64,000 nucleotides of DNA, from positions 79,052,001 to 79,116,000 of the forward strand of contig NC_045696.1 in the NCBI RefSeq assembly GCF_009834535.1, in the 5' to 3' direction. The stretch is from Camelus ferus. Lineage: Eukaryota. Below the pieces are notes generated by a model. The model made no database searches. It had not been told where the DNA came from and saw nothing but the letters and a program-made list of their open reading frames with translations. This document shows positions 45,271-58,725 of the stretch, piece by piece. The translations under genes were made by a program, and so were the position numbers. Positions within the stretch are counted from its first letter, which is position 1. Each line of letters begins with the position of its first letter.

Positions 45271-47419
45271 TTACTTCTTCAAATTAATAAATTTGGAAAG
45301 ACATGCAATTACCACGTTGGTTAAAACAAGTTTTTATTCTTTTGCCACTGTACTTTGAAATACTTTGCCCTGTGTACTTATTAGTGATATGTTTTCATTA
45401 TTCAAGGATGGATTCAGTTCTTTGGAATTAGTTAAATGTCAATTGAAGCTACTTTTGTGAATAAAATAGTGATCATGCTGGTTAATACCAGCTTTGGGCA
45501 AAAACAAGTTGTAACTAGAAAGGAAATTAATCTCTTTGTCTTATAAATTGGCTTTGAAGGAAAATGAAGAGGTAAGTTCCCCAAATGTTATTAGGATTTA
45601 AAAATATAAAGTGGCAGTAGGAGAATAAAGGTACCCTTTAGCTAACTCTTGAAAAAATTATATTAATTCTTCTAACCAGTGATTTTTAACAATTTTTCAC
45701 ACATATATTCTATGAAACTTCTATTATTTGCATCATACCCTCAGTAATTTTTTCCCATTTGTATAAGATGTTTAGTTAAAATTATATTTTTGGCTATGGC
45801 TATTTACAACATAGATTCAAAGGTATCAAAGGTAAAATCATCTCTTAGAACTCCTCTGATGTCATCTATGACCAAGTATTTTAAATGAAATTCAGTCTTA
45901 GAATTTTTAAAACTTTACTGGTAGATTATGGGGGAAAAATGTCATCTAAAAGCTTTCTTCAAAACTCCTTGAAATCCCTTTGGGGGCAGACTGCTCTCAT
46001 GTTCTGGGAAAAATATCAAACAGACCCTCTATTATGAGAATAGCAAGAAGCCATCTTCTTCTGAAATGGAGATGACTAATCACTTGCCTATCTAGAGAGT
46101 TAACTGTTTCATCAAGGAACAAAGATTATTTTATGGGGCATCCAGAGTTGCATTGCATCTCTGGAGATACTGGTTTCTATAGAGACAGGTATCTCAGTAG
46201 GAGAAAGCATGCTCTATGTGTGAAGACTGTTGCTGGAGGTTATAGAAGGAAGCATGTTTCCTTGGTTGGTGTGTCCAATTTCCCACAGGAGCTTAGGAGC
46301 TGAAGACCAGCAGCAGAAGGAACTATTTGTAAAGGACCTTTTAGAGAGTGTGTTTTGGGTAATAATGCTTTCAGACCTAGGTGATAATGTTCGGTGTGGA
46401 GCTGGAGGGTGCAATAATGAATGATGCTTCCTTTGTCTTTGTCCAGAGCCTAGAATCTCACGGGTTGGCAGCTTTAAGAGAACTGAAAGCAGCAGGAACA
46501 CTGGTGTTCTCTATGGGAGCAGTAATAGGACAGGAAGTAACTCCTGCTGAGAATAAAACAGTGTAAACAGATTTAATCCTGAACATATGTCAGTGTTCTG
46601 AGTACTCTGTGAGATACCTGGACTATAGATGGCTAATCCCTAGTGAGTAGGGAAGGGATGAAACTGTCATAATTTGGGCTTTAATAAAAGTGATAGTTTT
46701 ATTTGATACACATAGTCAAGTGAATCTTGACTTTGAGATCACAGCTTACCATTTCATCTTAATATATTTTAGCCATCTGCTAAAGAGAAGTCATAACATT
46801 ATCTCCTCTACTTAAACATTTAAGGCACATGGATGTTTTCTTCTGAAGATGTAATAGTGCACCTAAAGCTTGGATAAATTACCTATGAATAGGAAAGCTG
46901 CCTCTGAAGTAGGCATATTCCAAATTCAAAAGTAATGTGAAATTGGAGTACCTGGCAAATGAAATAGCAATGAATGAGATGAAAGAAATGAATGCTTTGG
47001 AAACTGGTTGCCCAAAGTGTTAATGCCCACCTATGCCTCCTCAGTAAAATGAGTATAAAACGAGTACCAGGAGGTTTTGCAGATTGTGAAAGCTAGCCAC
47101 AGCCATCCCTTCAGCTAGTCTCAAGTGTGGCTCAATCCATAGAGAAATCTGCACTGATGGTGTTGTGTTGCCTACAGGACATTAGTGTCAAAGTGTACTG
47201 ACAACAGGCAAGATCTTGGATGAATCCTTGTTTAATGGGAATCGCACTAAACCAACCGTGAACCTCAATTCTATCTCTGGGTCTCCTGCAACTATAAGCT
47301 TCGTTCTAGTATTTTACTTCGTTGAGTTTTGAAAGCCTCCTTCTTAAATTAAGTGGTTAGATTAGATCAGGATCTTTTAAAAATGGATTTGTTTGGAACT
47401 CTGGTGTAGTTGGGCTATG

Positions 47420-47610
47420 AGAGGTAGTCATAGTGTAATGCCTGAGAACACAATCTGAAAACTTGGACAAGTTTCCCTAACTGTGCCTCAGTATTCCTAA
47501 CTGAAAATGGAGGTAATGACAATATTACCACCCTCAAAGGATAATTATGAAGAAGTACAGTGCTTAGAATGGTCCTAGGAACATAGTGAGAATTCAATAA
47601 ACACTATTAA
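47420..47610 (+). mobile_element. MIR SINE
   Basis: 'ttggacaagtttccctaactgtgcctcagtattcctaactgaaaatggaggtaatgacaatattaccaccctcaaaggataattatgaga'. Confidence 0.8.
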
Positions 47611-47997
47611 CCCTAGAATTTATTTGTTAAGAACTTTAGTTGAAGTAGGATTAGGGACCAAAAGCCCCACTCATATTGGCCTCAATTTCACAATTCTTAG
47701 CAAACTTAATACACTCAAGATTCTGAAATATAATTGAAAAGTCACTGTACTGGATGATTTTTGATGTTCCATCCAGATGAAAAGTGCATGACTTTCGAAA
47801 CATTTGATAGAGGCAGAATTCTACTCAATTAATGTGTTCTCTCATGCCTCCTCTGTTGGATAACAGGTCTCTAGGTAGGCTACAGGATGGAAATATTGTT
47901 TCTTCATCATCATCATTTTGCATAAAAGTGCCCTGAAGCCCCATTCCAAGATTCTGTTATCATTTGTATCTCATCCACTTCTAAAAATGATTTAATG

Positions 47998-48188
47998 CAG
48001 TTTCCAGTAAATTTTTAGGACCATGACCTGTATTGTGAAACTATGTGATACTATTATTCATAGTAATAATAATGACCTTGAGTATAAGATGCTCTCTGAT
48101 ATTCTGCATACTATTTCATCCAAAAAAATCCACTAAATTGATTTAGCCACTCACTGAGATGTCACAACCCACTATTTGGAAAACACTG
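47998..48188 (-). mobile_element. hAT-Charlie MITE, apparently the same family as 51530-51852
   Basis: Ends 'cacaacccactatttggaaaacactg'; internal 'ccactaaattgattta' is roughly the reverse complement of 'taaatcatttaaatgg' in the other copy. Confidence 0.55.
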
Positions 48189-48799
48189 CCTTGCATGGAT
48201 TTAGGGCTTATATTATACACTGTTAGGATAGTTTTGCTGAGGAAAATCTTGGGGCACTATTCCAGACTTACTAAACCAGAAACTCTGGGCGTGAGGCTAA
48301 GCAAACTTTTTAAATAAACTTTCCAGGTGATTCTGATGCACTGAAATGTTTAAGAAGTGCCAAGTCAAAAACAAAACAAAACAAAACACAGCATTTCTTT
48401 GCTGCTACATATACAATAAGTATTATTATTTTTTAAGAAAAATAGAAATAATTTTTAAACATGTGGAATGGCAAGAAAGTCCTATGCAAATTGTAGATGT
48501 TGAACCACAACCATTGAATAGAAGCAGGAAATAGGAGTTTTCCACTTGGCACCATTTGTGATTCCAAACTTTCCTTTCAATTTTTAAAAAATGACAGTGC
48601 AAATATACTAGTGCTTAGACTGATCCTCCACTCCTCTTGTGCATTTGGTACATAGTTGTTATTTTCTAACTAATTAAAGTTATTGTTATGATTAAAAACA
48701 AAACACAAAATAGTCTCCCATTCATCAGCTGCATTTTGGAGGGTCTTATCAATTCACAACAATTTTTCCTTACTTCTCACTTCGTTCATGGCAGAAAGT

Positions 48800-49225
48800 C
48801 CTTTGCAGCATTTTGTACAGTAAGATGCCATCTGGACACATCTGATTGGACCAGGATGAGCACCTGACCTATTCCAGCTCAGAATCTTCCTTTTAGGAAT
48901 TTGGGATTGAGACTTACAGAGATTAATTCATTCATTTTCCTTTAGGCAGTTGGACTTGAAACATACAAATTCAGGAGCTGAGACATAGGCAAGTTTTCCT
49001 CCGCGTGCCTTTGAAAGAGAGAAGTCTGATCTATAGGAAGAATGCAGTGCGTACACAGAGAGAGCAGAAAGTTCCACCAGGCTCCAAGTCCCTGACTGCA
49101 GTCCCTTCTTTGAGAACAAGGACATCCTGGCCTTTGGGTTTCACGACACCTGAATAATCTAATAAAATCTCCTTTGTGCTTAAGCCAGTCTTAGTTTTTC
49201 TCACAAGCAACCAAATGCTGCAAAC
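48800..49225 (+). mobile_element. MaLR LTR (MLT1K/L-like)
   Basis: 'tgattggaccaggatgagcacctgacc...aataaaatctcctttgtgcttaagccagtcttagtttttctcacaagcaaccaaa'. Confidence 0.7.
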
Positions 49226-50320
49226 CATAGGCTGGTTGCCAGATAATTTTTAAGAGCCTAGGAGTAGGAAAAATGAATTGTTTTGTTCAGAAAAATCCAC
49301 AGAAGTGAGCATGTAAAAAATGAAAGAGAAACACAAACATTAGACTTTCATTTAAAATCAATTTTTTTATATCTAATAGTTTTGAAGGTTTGATGCATAA
49401 TTCTGTCAGCTTTCGTCCTTCTTCTATTTCCTCTTTGTAAGGTTAAAGTTTCAGACATTTCCTCAGGAAGCTGTTGATGTTGGTCTGCCCTTCTGCTTTG
49501 TATTATTATAATTATTTGACATTTGCAAAATGTTCATGGTGTTCCAAAAATTGTTCAGAATTTTAAAAACAAAAAAAGTCCATTCCCTTCAGGCAAAGCA
49601 CATGTTCCTAATTCTAACCTAAAGCCAAGGAATTAGATGATGGTGGAGAGAAGTAAAGGATTAATGCTGTCACCTAATTTTGCCTGGGTCCTTTGCTAAA
49701 CAAAATGTTTCACTGTAAAAGAGGAATGAATCACGCATGAGCTTAAAATTCTGCCATCAGATGTAAGGCAGAAAACTAAATTCTAATGGGTTTTAAAAGA
49801 GAGTTAATGCATTTCTAATTAAGGCTTTTTTGCTTCTTATCAGGGTTAAATATGGAAATAGTCACACAAAAGAAAATCTTAGTAAGTTAATATCTATCAA
49901 TATACTGTCTGTGTTTCACAAGTTTTTAAGTAAAATATGAAACATATACGTTTTCTAATTTATTTTAATTTTTCCATAAGAGTTAAACATGCAAAATCCT
50001 TATGGCAATCCACTTACATTGACTGATGTGAAATATTTACTTATAAAAGCATGAAACAAAAAAATGTTTGCTTTAAATTGATTTGTGTGCACTTATGTGT
50101 GTGTATATGCATACACAAATACACACTCACACATTTTACAATTAAATTACTGAATGGAACATTTGCGCTACCCTTAGCTATGCTGAACTATGCATCTACA
50201 TATATTCTGTATTGAATAAAGCCAAAGTATTACTAGGGGAAAAAAAAAATACGGCTGGGACCTGCAATTCCATCTACTGATGAAAAGTTACCGTAACATT
50301 CTTAGGGATACACAAAGATA

Positions 50321-50340
50321 CACACACACACACACACACA
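50321..50340. repeat. (CA)10 microsatellite
   Basis: Read directly from the sequence. Confidence 0.9.
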
Positions 50341-51529
50341 TCCTTTCTTAACATTTGCCCTAGCCACTAGTAGCTCTATTCAACTCATGCTATAATCATT
50401 TGTCTCTGCTGCAACAAGGGAAGTGAATCATACGTCCAAATTCCATCCGACATTATGCTGCAAAAAGAGTCAGCACAGAATAGACCATTTAGTGCACACA
50501 TCGTGTATCTTTTACAAACTGCAAGTAGTAACATGAATAACTAAATGGGTGAATTTTCTTGGCCATATACAAGTGAACTCAAGAGGAATTGAATTTTAAG
50601 ATAGTTTACATGCTCCCACAGCATATCTAAGACATTTCTATGAAAATGTTGTATCACTGAATATGGGATCCAACTGTGTAGAGACCACAATACAAGAGTA
50701 TTAAACTGTGTCCCAGTGACATCAAAGTAATGAAAATGCCTGTAAAATGTCCCTGTTCTATTTATTTACATATTTTAACAAGAAACAGGAGGAATAATAA
50801 ATGATAATGAAGAACCATTTATCCCCCAGGGATTGAATAGCCTCTTGTCCTATTATACCACACAATCATTAATTTTAATTGCTGCAGATTTGTAACCCAC
50901 ATGGATAAAATTAAGATCCATTCCAACAGGAAAGGAAAAAAAAAACAGACTAAGATTGTTGTAAAAAGAAATATCTTCCAGGAATTTTTTTTTAACAAGT
51001 AAGCACAAACATTGCTACATTGTTTGGCTTAATGATCTATGATAAACTTTTAGGTTCTTAGAATGAACAGAATTTTAGACTATATGTGTGCTATTAACAT
51101 ATTCTAGCTTTTTCTGGGTCTATAAAAATGAAAGAATACATTAAAAACTAACGTAACATACCTGAGAGTGTATTAAAACTACTCATTTAGTGTTCAGCAT
51201 AAAACTCACCCCTATATCTATTTTGGGACATATTCACCATCATATTTAAAAAAAGATAAGCCTATTTTACTTATGAAAATAATTCTTACATGAGACATTT
51301 ATGCTTGGTTTTTATGGCAGTTAATATATGGTTTATTCCTGAATCACTTAAAAGAAAAAAGAAAAAGAGCCACTGGTGCATTTGTTGAATCAGAAATTTC
51401 TTAGCCGTGCAGTGTTGCCCACGGCTTAGTGCAGGGTTGAACAAAAAACCATTCTCCATTTGCTGTCTCTGTGGCTCTGCCCTGAGGTCCTGTGTGCAGC
51501 TTCAGGGTCTGACTCATGACTATCCAGCG

Positions 51530-51852
51530 CAATGTTTTTTAATTTGAGTCCTGACACATTACTGAGTCATAAATCATTTAAATGGGTCACCACCAGACTC
51601 TTAAAAACTGAATAAAGCTGAATATACTTTAAAAGACCAGAGCTCATCGCACTAATGAAGGTAAATATGGTTTTGTGAAGTTTATGTATTTTCTGTGTGT
51701 ATGCATACACATTATATATGTATACATATGAAGTATACAAACATGTACATACATACATACATACATATCTAGGTGTGTGTGTTCTGGGTAATGATACATT
51801 TATTTCTTACTAGGAGTTGAGGGCAAAAAGGCATAAATGTTTGAATGGCACT
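51530..51852 (+). mobile_element. hAT-Charlie MITE with internal (TACA)n expansion
   Basis: Ends 'caatgttttttaatttgagtcctgac' / 'tgtttgaatggcacta'; internal 'gagtcataaatcatttaaatgggtcac', 'aaggtaaatatggttttgtgaag'. Confidence 0.65.
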
Positions 51853-52150
51853 ACACAAGTGAGAGCTGCTGATGCTGGTTTTTGTGGACCAGCAGGGCAA
51901 GAGACAGGCAGATCTCAGAACATTGTGTCAGAGTCACCTGATCCTAGAGCCCGTTCCAAACCTACTGATGAAGCATCTCTGGTGTTGAGGAGCTTCATGT
52001 AAAACTGGTTCTCCAGGTAATTCTTCTGTATCCTGGTATTTGGGGTTCCTTGTACTGGAGACCAATGCCACATTCTGCGAGGGGACATCTAGAACTTTCA
52101 ATAATATATGATAGAAATATTCTCCCTTATACTTCATATTTCTTTCTAGC

Positions 52151-52355
52151 TCTGTGACAGTCAACTCAGTAACCACGAGCCATGTGTGGCTATTTAAATT
52201 TAAATTTAAAATTTAGTAAAACTGAGACATCAATTCTCTGGTCACACTAGTTACATAGCAGGTGCTCAATAGACACCTGTGCTAGTAACCACTATATTGG
52301 ACAATGCAGACAGAGGGCATTTCTATCATCACAGAAGTTCATGTGGACAGCCCTG
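52151..52355 (-). mobile_element. MER3 (hAT-Charlie)
   Basis: 'gccatgtgtggctatttaaatttaaattt...gtgctcaatagacacctgtgctagtaaccactatattggacaatgcag...catttctatcatcacagaagttcatgtggacagccctg'. Confidence 0.88.
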
Positions 52356-52539
52356 AATTGTAGAATTTGGCATACTATGTTTTGACATTGAATATATTAG
52401 GGTATTGAATCACCTACAATTTCTAAAATGCATATAAGTCATAGAGACAATATATTTTTACTGATTTAAAAAATGTTTTCTATCAGAGTATATCAATTAT
52501 TAAGTTTTTTTTAACATTTCAAAAATCAGTACATAGGAA

Positions 52540-52877
52540 AGAGGGAGGGATGAACAGGTAGAGCACAGAGGAGTTTTAGGGCAGTAAAACGACTCTGTAT
52601 GGTGCTATAAGGCTAATTACACGTCATCATACATCTGTCCAAACCCACAGAATATACACCACCAAGAACAAGCCATCATATAAACAATGGACTTAGAGTG
52701 ACAATGATGTGTCAATATAGGTTCATCAATTGTCACAAAGGTACTACTTGATGGAGTCTGTAGATAATGGGGGAGGCTATGTATGTGTGGGATCTAGGAG
52801 TTTATGGAAAATCTTTGTACTTACTTTCCTCAGTTTTGCTATGAACCTAAAACTGCTCTAAAAAAGTCTATTAAAAA
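52540..52877 (+). mobile_element. L1MC1-like 3' end
   Basis: 'gatgaacaggtagagcacagaggagttttagggcagtaaaac...ttttgctatgaacctaaaactgctctaaaaaa'. Confidence 0.88.
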
Positions 52878-53570
52878 TCAAGATACGCTTAGAAAAAATA
52901 TTTTCAATAAGAAAATACAACAGACTCAAAAAGATCTAAATTCTAAACTTTATATTCTAAAATACTTTAGAATTTTTCTTAAGAAAAATGAAATTAATAT
53001 ATTTTAGTAGGATAAAATATTTATGAATATTCATAACTAAACACACACTTTTCCTACCAAACAGCTGTGAGTTGTTTACTAATTTTCCCTTTAAATTATA
53101 ATGACATTATCTCAAGAAGACACATACTGCTTGAACTGCCATTACAATCAAGTTGCCAATAGAGTAAACAACTTTCATGATACTAGCTGCATCAAATAAT
53201 ATTCAAAATAGATTAAGACATTCTGAAAAACAAAATTTTAAGGCAATGGAACAATGTTAACTGGAATTGTTATGCAAGTCATATAAACATTTGCATGCTT
53301 ATTTGCAAAAATTTTCAAACCAGTTGCAATCTTAAGTATGTTGGCATAAAACAAAAATCTATCTTTCTACAAAGGTACTGTTGACCTATCTCTTTTTTAA
53401 ATGTATTTACCCAAGATAGGGAGAGTAGAGAAAATAGTTAACAGGCAGAATCTGGATGCGAAAAGGAAGGTAAACAGTACATGGAGAAAATTGTCACGTT
53501 GCCTAGCACCCAAAGAACTGAAAAATAAAGGAAGTCACATTTTCCTAAGAGTATAACTATATAATCACCC

Positions 53571-54133
53571 TGTGGGGTGTGGTTTGGTTTTCTTTCTTGC
53601 CCATTTAACAGCCATTTCTACTTCTTGCTGGTTAAGAGAATCCATTCCCTGCTCCCATCCTGGGCAGTATGCCCAGCTGCCATGGATGGATCATGATGAT
53701 TCTAAACGAGTTATGCCAGTCCTATTCTTCTATGCCAGGAATTTGTTTAGAGCTGAGCTGGTGCTCCAGGTCTGCCCAAAGAGAAGTAAAGACAGTGGAG
53801 GAGCCTGGACGAGATGGGGTGCAAGAATGGTTCTGATAAGAGAGAGGTGAAAGGTGAGAAAGACTTTTTTGCCCTGCCTCTCCCTTCTTGAATGGTATGC
53901 TCTTCTATGAGTACTTGAAGCTGTGAGAATCATGAGATGCAAAACCAAAAAAACACTGTGCATGGAAGAAAGGAAGGGTGGAGGAAGAAGGTCTTCCATG
54001 ACATAACTGAGCTGCTTCCTATACTTGTCCTGAGACTGCAAATGCTCAGACTTCTTTTTAAATGTCTTTAAGCTTTTAGCCACTGTGAATGGGATTTTTG
54101 GTTACTTTTGGCTGGACACGTTCTAACCATTAT
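53571..54133 (+). mobile_element. Old MaLR LTR (MLT1J-like)
   Basis: TG start; end 'cagacttctttttaaatgtctttaagcttttagccactgtgaatgggatttttggttacttttggctggacacgttctaac'. Confidence 0.65.
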
Positions 54134-57029
54134 AGGGGGTAAGACTAAAGAAATGCAAAGTCATTGTAAACTTACGGAGGACTCCTGGGTTGGATTATGA
54201 CTTGACTCAATGTAGGATCATGATTTTTTTTCTAAAGCATCAGTCCTAAAGGAGGATGCTCAGACGTGGAGATATGGGGGAAAAACATCAGAGAAAAAAA
54301 TCAACCTTGAATGCCCCTTCAAAGCACTGCCCATGGGAGAGGGGTTTTGGCAACAGACTTGAAGCATTATGATACTGTTGTCAAAGGTAGCTTTACAGTG
54401 GACAAGAGTTTTTCAAGCTCTCTTGGGTTAAGGATCATTTCTTTATAAAAAAAAAAAAAAAAACTGACTCAGGTTGTTTTGAGGACAGCATGTGATTTCT
54501 CATACAGATTCTGCCCAAAGGTAAGGAATGTGTAAGTCATGCTGATGCTGTCATAGCAGTTGATGTGAGTGTTGGGTTTTCTCATTCTGTGATAACAGCT
54601 GCCTTATACCTCAGGCTCTGTGGGCTTAGTTAACGAGTGACAACCTGGGAGAGATGTGAAGGAATGCAGTTAGCTGAGCCAAAGCCTGATGCATTCACCA
54701 AATTAAGTGCCACTTCACGAAGATTCTTGCCAATCAGCTGACTGGTCTCTCCTCCCTTACCTTTCCTTCAGCATCCTAAGTGCAAAAAATAGAAGTGGAT
54801 TGAGTAACAAAGATGGACAGAGAGAGCAAGGTTGAGAGGTGATTAAATAAGATGACAGGGATGACAGGTAGAAATGGCAGGGAAGGTAGGAAGATGCTGA
54901 GGAGAGAGCAGTGGTACTGAAGGACAAGAACAAAAAAGAGGTGCAGAACTGATCAGTCCAACTGAAGAAAGTACTAGACAAAAAATTATTTAGGGATAAA
55001 TTTTAAAAACAGAACTATTGGTATATGGAATTCAGAGAGGCTGAGCAGGGAACAAAAAATACAGGAGAAAAGGTTAACTTCTTCCTGGAAGCAATATTAG
55101 TAATTATTGGAATAAATATTAGTATTCCTTGGAAGTCATGATATATAGAGTTCTTATAAGAAGGTAAAGCCCTTCTACCCTGTTTTTTCCTGTGAGTCAG
55201 AGCAACCTGCTCTTTTTCTTCATTCATCCTAGAACTGGCTAAAAATAGCAGCTATGGGAACTCGTAAGAAAACACAGCAGGTTATTGTAAAGAATTAACA
55301 GAAACATGGTAGAAAAGAGAATCAAACATGCGGCACCTTCATCTCTTTTTTTGAGAATGAGCTTGTCCCTAACTCACACAGACCTTTCACTCCACACAAA
55401 TAAAGAACATTTAAACTAGGATCTGCCATTTATTGTAACCCTTTTCCCACAAAGAAGCAAACTCTAATGACTTCTGGTCCCAGCCCCTGGACTGGGGTCA
55501 TCAGACTATACGGATTATATTTTATGGACTTGTTCCTGTTTACTCCAATGCTTGTGTCCCCAAGTCTCTTATATATTTGGAAATGAAATAAGAACTGAGC
55601 GTATGAAGCTACTCAAAAGTGGGCATATTCAGTAATTGGGTATCTAATTTTTATTGTAGGCGGTAGAAAAATAGTGAGCTTTCCCAAAATGCAGCTGTAC
55701 ATTTTTATTGTTGATCTAGTCACATTACCGAGTAGCAACTACCAACTTTAATAAAATGAAAATGCACTTTCAAACACTGGTATTGATAAGGAAAGGCATT
55801 TTGGAATATTTGGCAGTAAAGCCCTGATGAATAGACAATCTCATTAATTTTCAAAGGAAGTGAGAATTTGGAAGTAAGACCTCCTTTGTTGATAAAACCA
55901 AAAAGAATTATTAGGTCATTTGCTAAGTTCAACCGCATCACAGCATTGTATATTCTCAATATAAGGACATTATTATAAGTAACTACAGGGCGGAGTGGGG
56001 TCTGCATACTACTCTTTGCACAGATTCAGGAGAATAAGGCACTGAATGGCTGTTTCATTGGTGAAAATGAAGTTGGTGGTGACCATGATGGAGTTATACA
56101 TGATATTATTCTACTAAGGTAAACTGGGCTGAGAGATGCAGAAAGGAATTGCAAACTGGGAACCAAAACACAGGAAATGTCATGGAAATGTTTACAAGCT
56201 TTTGGATTTAAGCCTTGAGTATTTTTCCTATTATCATTATTTCCGTATTTTTGTCAACCCTCGTAGATCATGAGATTAGAGTTAAATAGAAGTTAAAAAT
56301 GGGCACTAATTCCTTTTATTACTGCAAAAAAAAACCCTGGTGATCTCATTTTCTGAACTGGTAGCATTCTCACAGTTGATTCCCTCAAATCTGGATTTCT
56401 TGATTCAATAACAGGGCTGAAGTCAATTTGAAGTAACATCTGAACTAATTAGTGACAAGAGCAATTTTAGTCTTTCATTTGTTACAAGTGCCATTTAAAG
56501 CTCTGACCTCTGTGTTAGGCTGAAGAGGTAGGAGTTGCATTAAGCCAATCCTCAAAGAACACTGGCAATGGTAGCAGTAATTTCAGGGAAGACTCGCTTC
56601 AGTTTTCTATATTACCTACTTCTAACATCCACTTTAAACATCTAGGCAGTTTTGCCCAAAATGTTGTTTGGTCAACCTTATGGGGCTGTACTAAGTGTGT
56701 TTCAAAGTAATTTCATTGCCTTTTATCTTTCCAAATATTTGTAATTTCTTCCAATCTTTGCTTATTTCAGTTGAAGTAAAATACACTAGAAGAGTAAAGG
56801 AAGGTTCACTGAAATGTCATTTTGGGATCTACTCCAAGACTTGAGCTAAGCCAGCTATTTTAGGGCACAAGAACCAAAGAAAGTCGTCTGGGGAAGATTG
56901 CTCACTGAGTTGCTCTGCCATGCCTCAGGACCACTCAGACATTTGGTATTCTGCCCGGAGGAATTTATCTGGCCATGGCCTAAGCGTCCACATAGACCAA
57001 GAGACCAGATTTCAACATTTAGACCCTTC

Positions 57030-57460
57030 TGTACTAGTTTGCTAGGGCTGCTGAAACAAAAGGTCACAAACCGGGTGGCCTGAAGAACAGAAATTTATCG
57101 TCTCATGTTTGTGGAAGCCAGAAGTCTGAAATCAAAGTGTTGACAGAGTTGGTTGCTTCTGAGGGCCGTGAGGGAAGGATTTATACAAGGACTCGCTCCT
57201 TGGATTGTATGTGGCCACCGTACCCCTGCATCTCCTCACATTGCCTTCCCTCTGTGTGTGCTTCTCCTGATGTCCAAATTTCTCCTTTTTATAAGGACAC
57301 TAGTCTCTACTCCTATATGACCTCACCGTAACATTATTAACTTAACTTTGTACTAATTCCAGCTGTGATGATCCTGTTTCCAAATAGGGTCACATTTTGA
57401 GGTACTGAGGTTTGGAATTCAACATATGAACTTGGGGGAGGCACAATTCAACCCATAACA
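57030..57460 (-). mobile_element. MaLR solo LTR (MLT1B/C-like)
   Basis: 'tgtactagtttgctagggctgctgaaacaaaaggtcacaaaccgggtggc...tttccaaatagggtcacattttgaggtactgagg...cacaattcaacccataaca'. Confidence 0.9.
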
Positions 57461-58149
57461 TAACAGTATCTTTTTAAAGTCATTTTATTACCAAATGCAT
57501 GACTTCAGGGATACATGAATTTTTTTTGAGCGGATTCATTCAAGTCATCTGAAATATGGCAATACTGTGTCAATAACAATCAAAGGGAAATTTTTAAAAC
57601 TTGTTTTGTCTTCTCAATGTATATTTTCCACAGAAAATGCAAGAAATTGCAAAGCTTGTGTGGTATGGCTTTTGCAATTTCTCACACTATTTTTAGTGAG
57701 CCAGTATTTAGGTTTTAATGAATTAGCATTTTGTAGAATCTGGTATGAGTTACTAATCTGGTCTCATTTTCTCATTTTACACACTCAGAGTTTAGACTGG
57801 GAGAGATAAAACATCACAGTGAAGTCCCTAAAGTCTACAAATCTTTGGTTATTTGGCCTAATGAAGGCAATAATAAACCAGCAGAGCCAGGACCCAAAGC
57901 CAGGATCTTCGGTCCCAGCCAGTGAACTTTCACAGTGCCACAGGGCTCCTTGACATACCTGAGTACTCCTGGAAGGTTCAGTTAGACTTGACTTACCTCT
58001 GAGAAGGTTTGCTTAAGCAGAAGAACTGGAATCACCTCAGACATCACATTGTTTAGTTTTAACTGAGAAACATATGATAGTCCTGAGACATCCTCTAGCC
58101 CTAAGGTGTCAGTTTTGAGGATGTGTGACAGTGACCTGAGGAGCTTATT

Positions 58150-58590
58150 TAAAAATATCATTTATTCTACAGGTACTTGTTGGAGCACCTTTTGCAAACA
58201 CAGCAGTGAGCAAAGCAGAGAAAAATTCCCGTGCTAGTGAAGTTTCAATTTTAGCAGAAAGAGACAAAGACTAAATGTTAAAAATAAATAAATAATACCT
58301 GACATTACTAACTATTTTGATACACATAAGACATAGTAATGAGAAAGAAAATCTTGGGTGAGAGTAAGGGCTTACTTTAGGGACTCAGTGAACTCTGTTC
58401 TCTGGAAGTGAGTGTTGAACTGAGACTTGAATGCGCAGAAGGAATCGTTCACAAGAAAGTTGGGAAATGAGAGATCCAGGCAGAGGAAGAGCTGTGCATG
58501 GCTTCTAGTGGAGCCATACTTGGCATGAGTCAGAGACTAAAAGAGGCTGGAGCATAGGAACCAAGAGGAAGGTAGAAAGATGGGCATTGA
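58150..58590 (-). mobile_element. L2 remnant
   Basis: 'cagcagtgagcaaagcagagaaaaattcccgtgctagtgaagtttcaattttagcag', 'gaagtgagtgttgaactgagacttgaatg', 'tccaggcagaggaagagc'. Confidence 0.75.
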
Positions 58591-58594
58591 GATC

Positions 58595-58725
58595 AGGTTC
58601 CTGGACTCCAGCCCCAAGAATTGTGATTCAATAACTGTGGGATAGATCTACATTTCAAACAAAGATCTAGGTGTTTCTGATTCAGGAGGTCCATGAAACA
58701 CATTTAAGGAAATCGTGCACTAAGA
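58595..58725. mobile_element. MER5-like MITE fragment
   Basis: 'cctggactccagccccaagaattgtgattcaataactgtggg...tacatttcaaacaaagatctaggtgtttctgattcaggaggtcc'. Confidence 0.65.

Noticed and set aside
41065..52877. Inverted pair of L1MC1-like 3' ends
   Set aside because: Independent insertions of an abundant family, diverged and about 11 kb apart.
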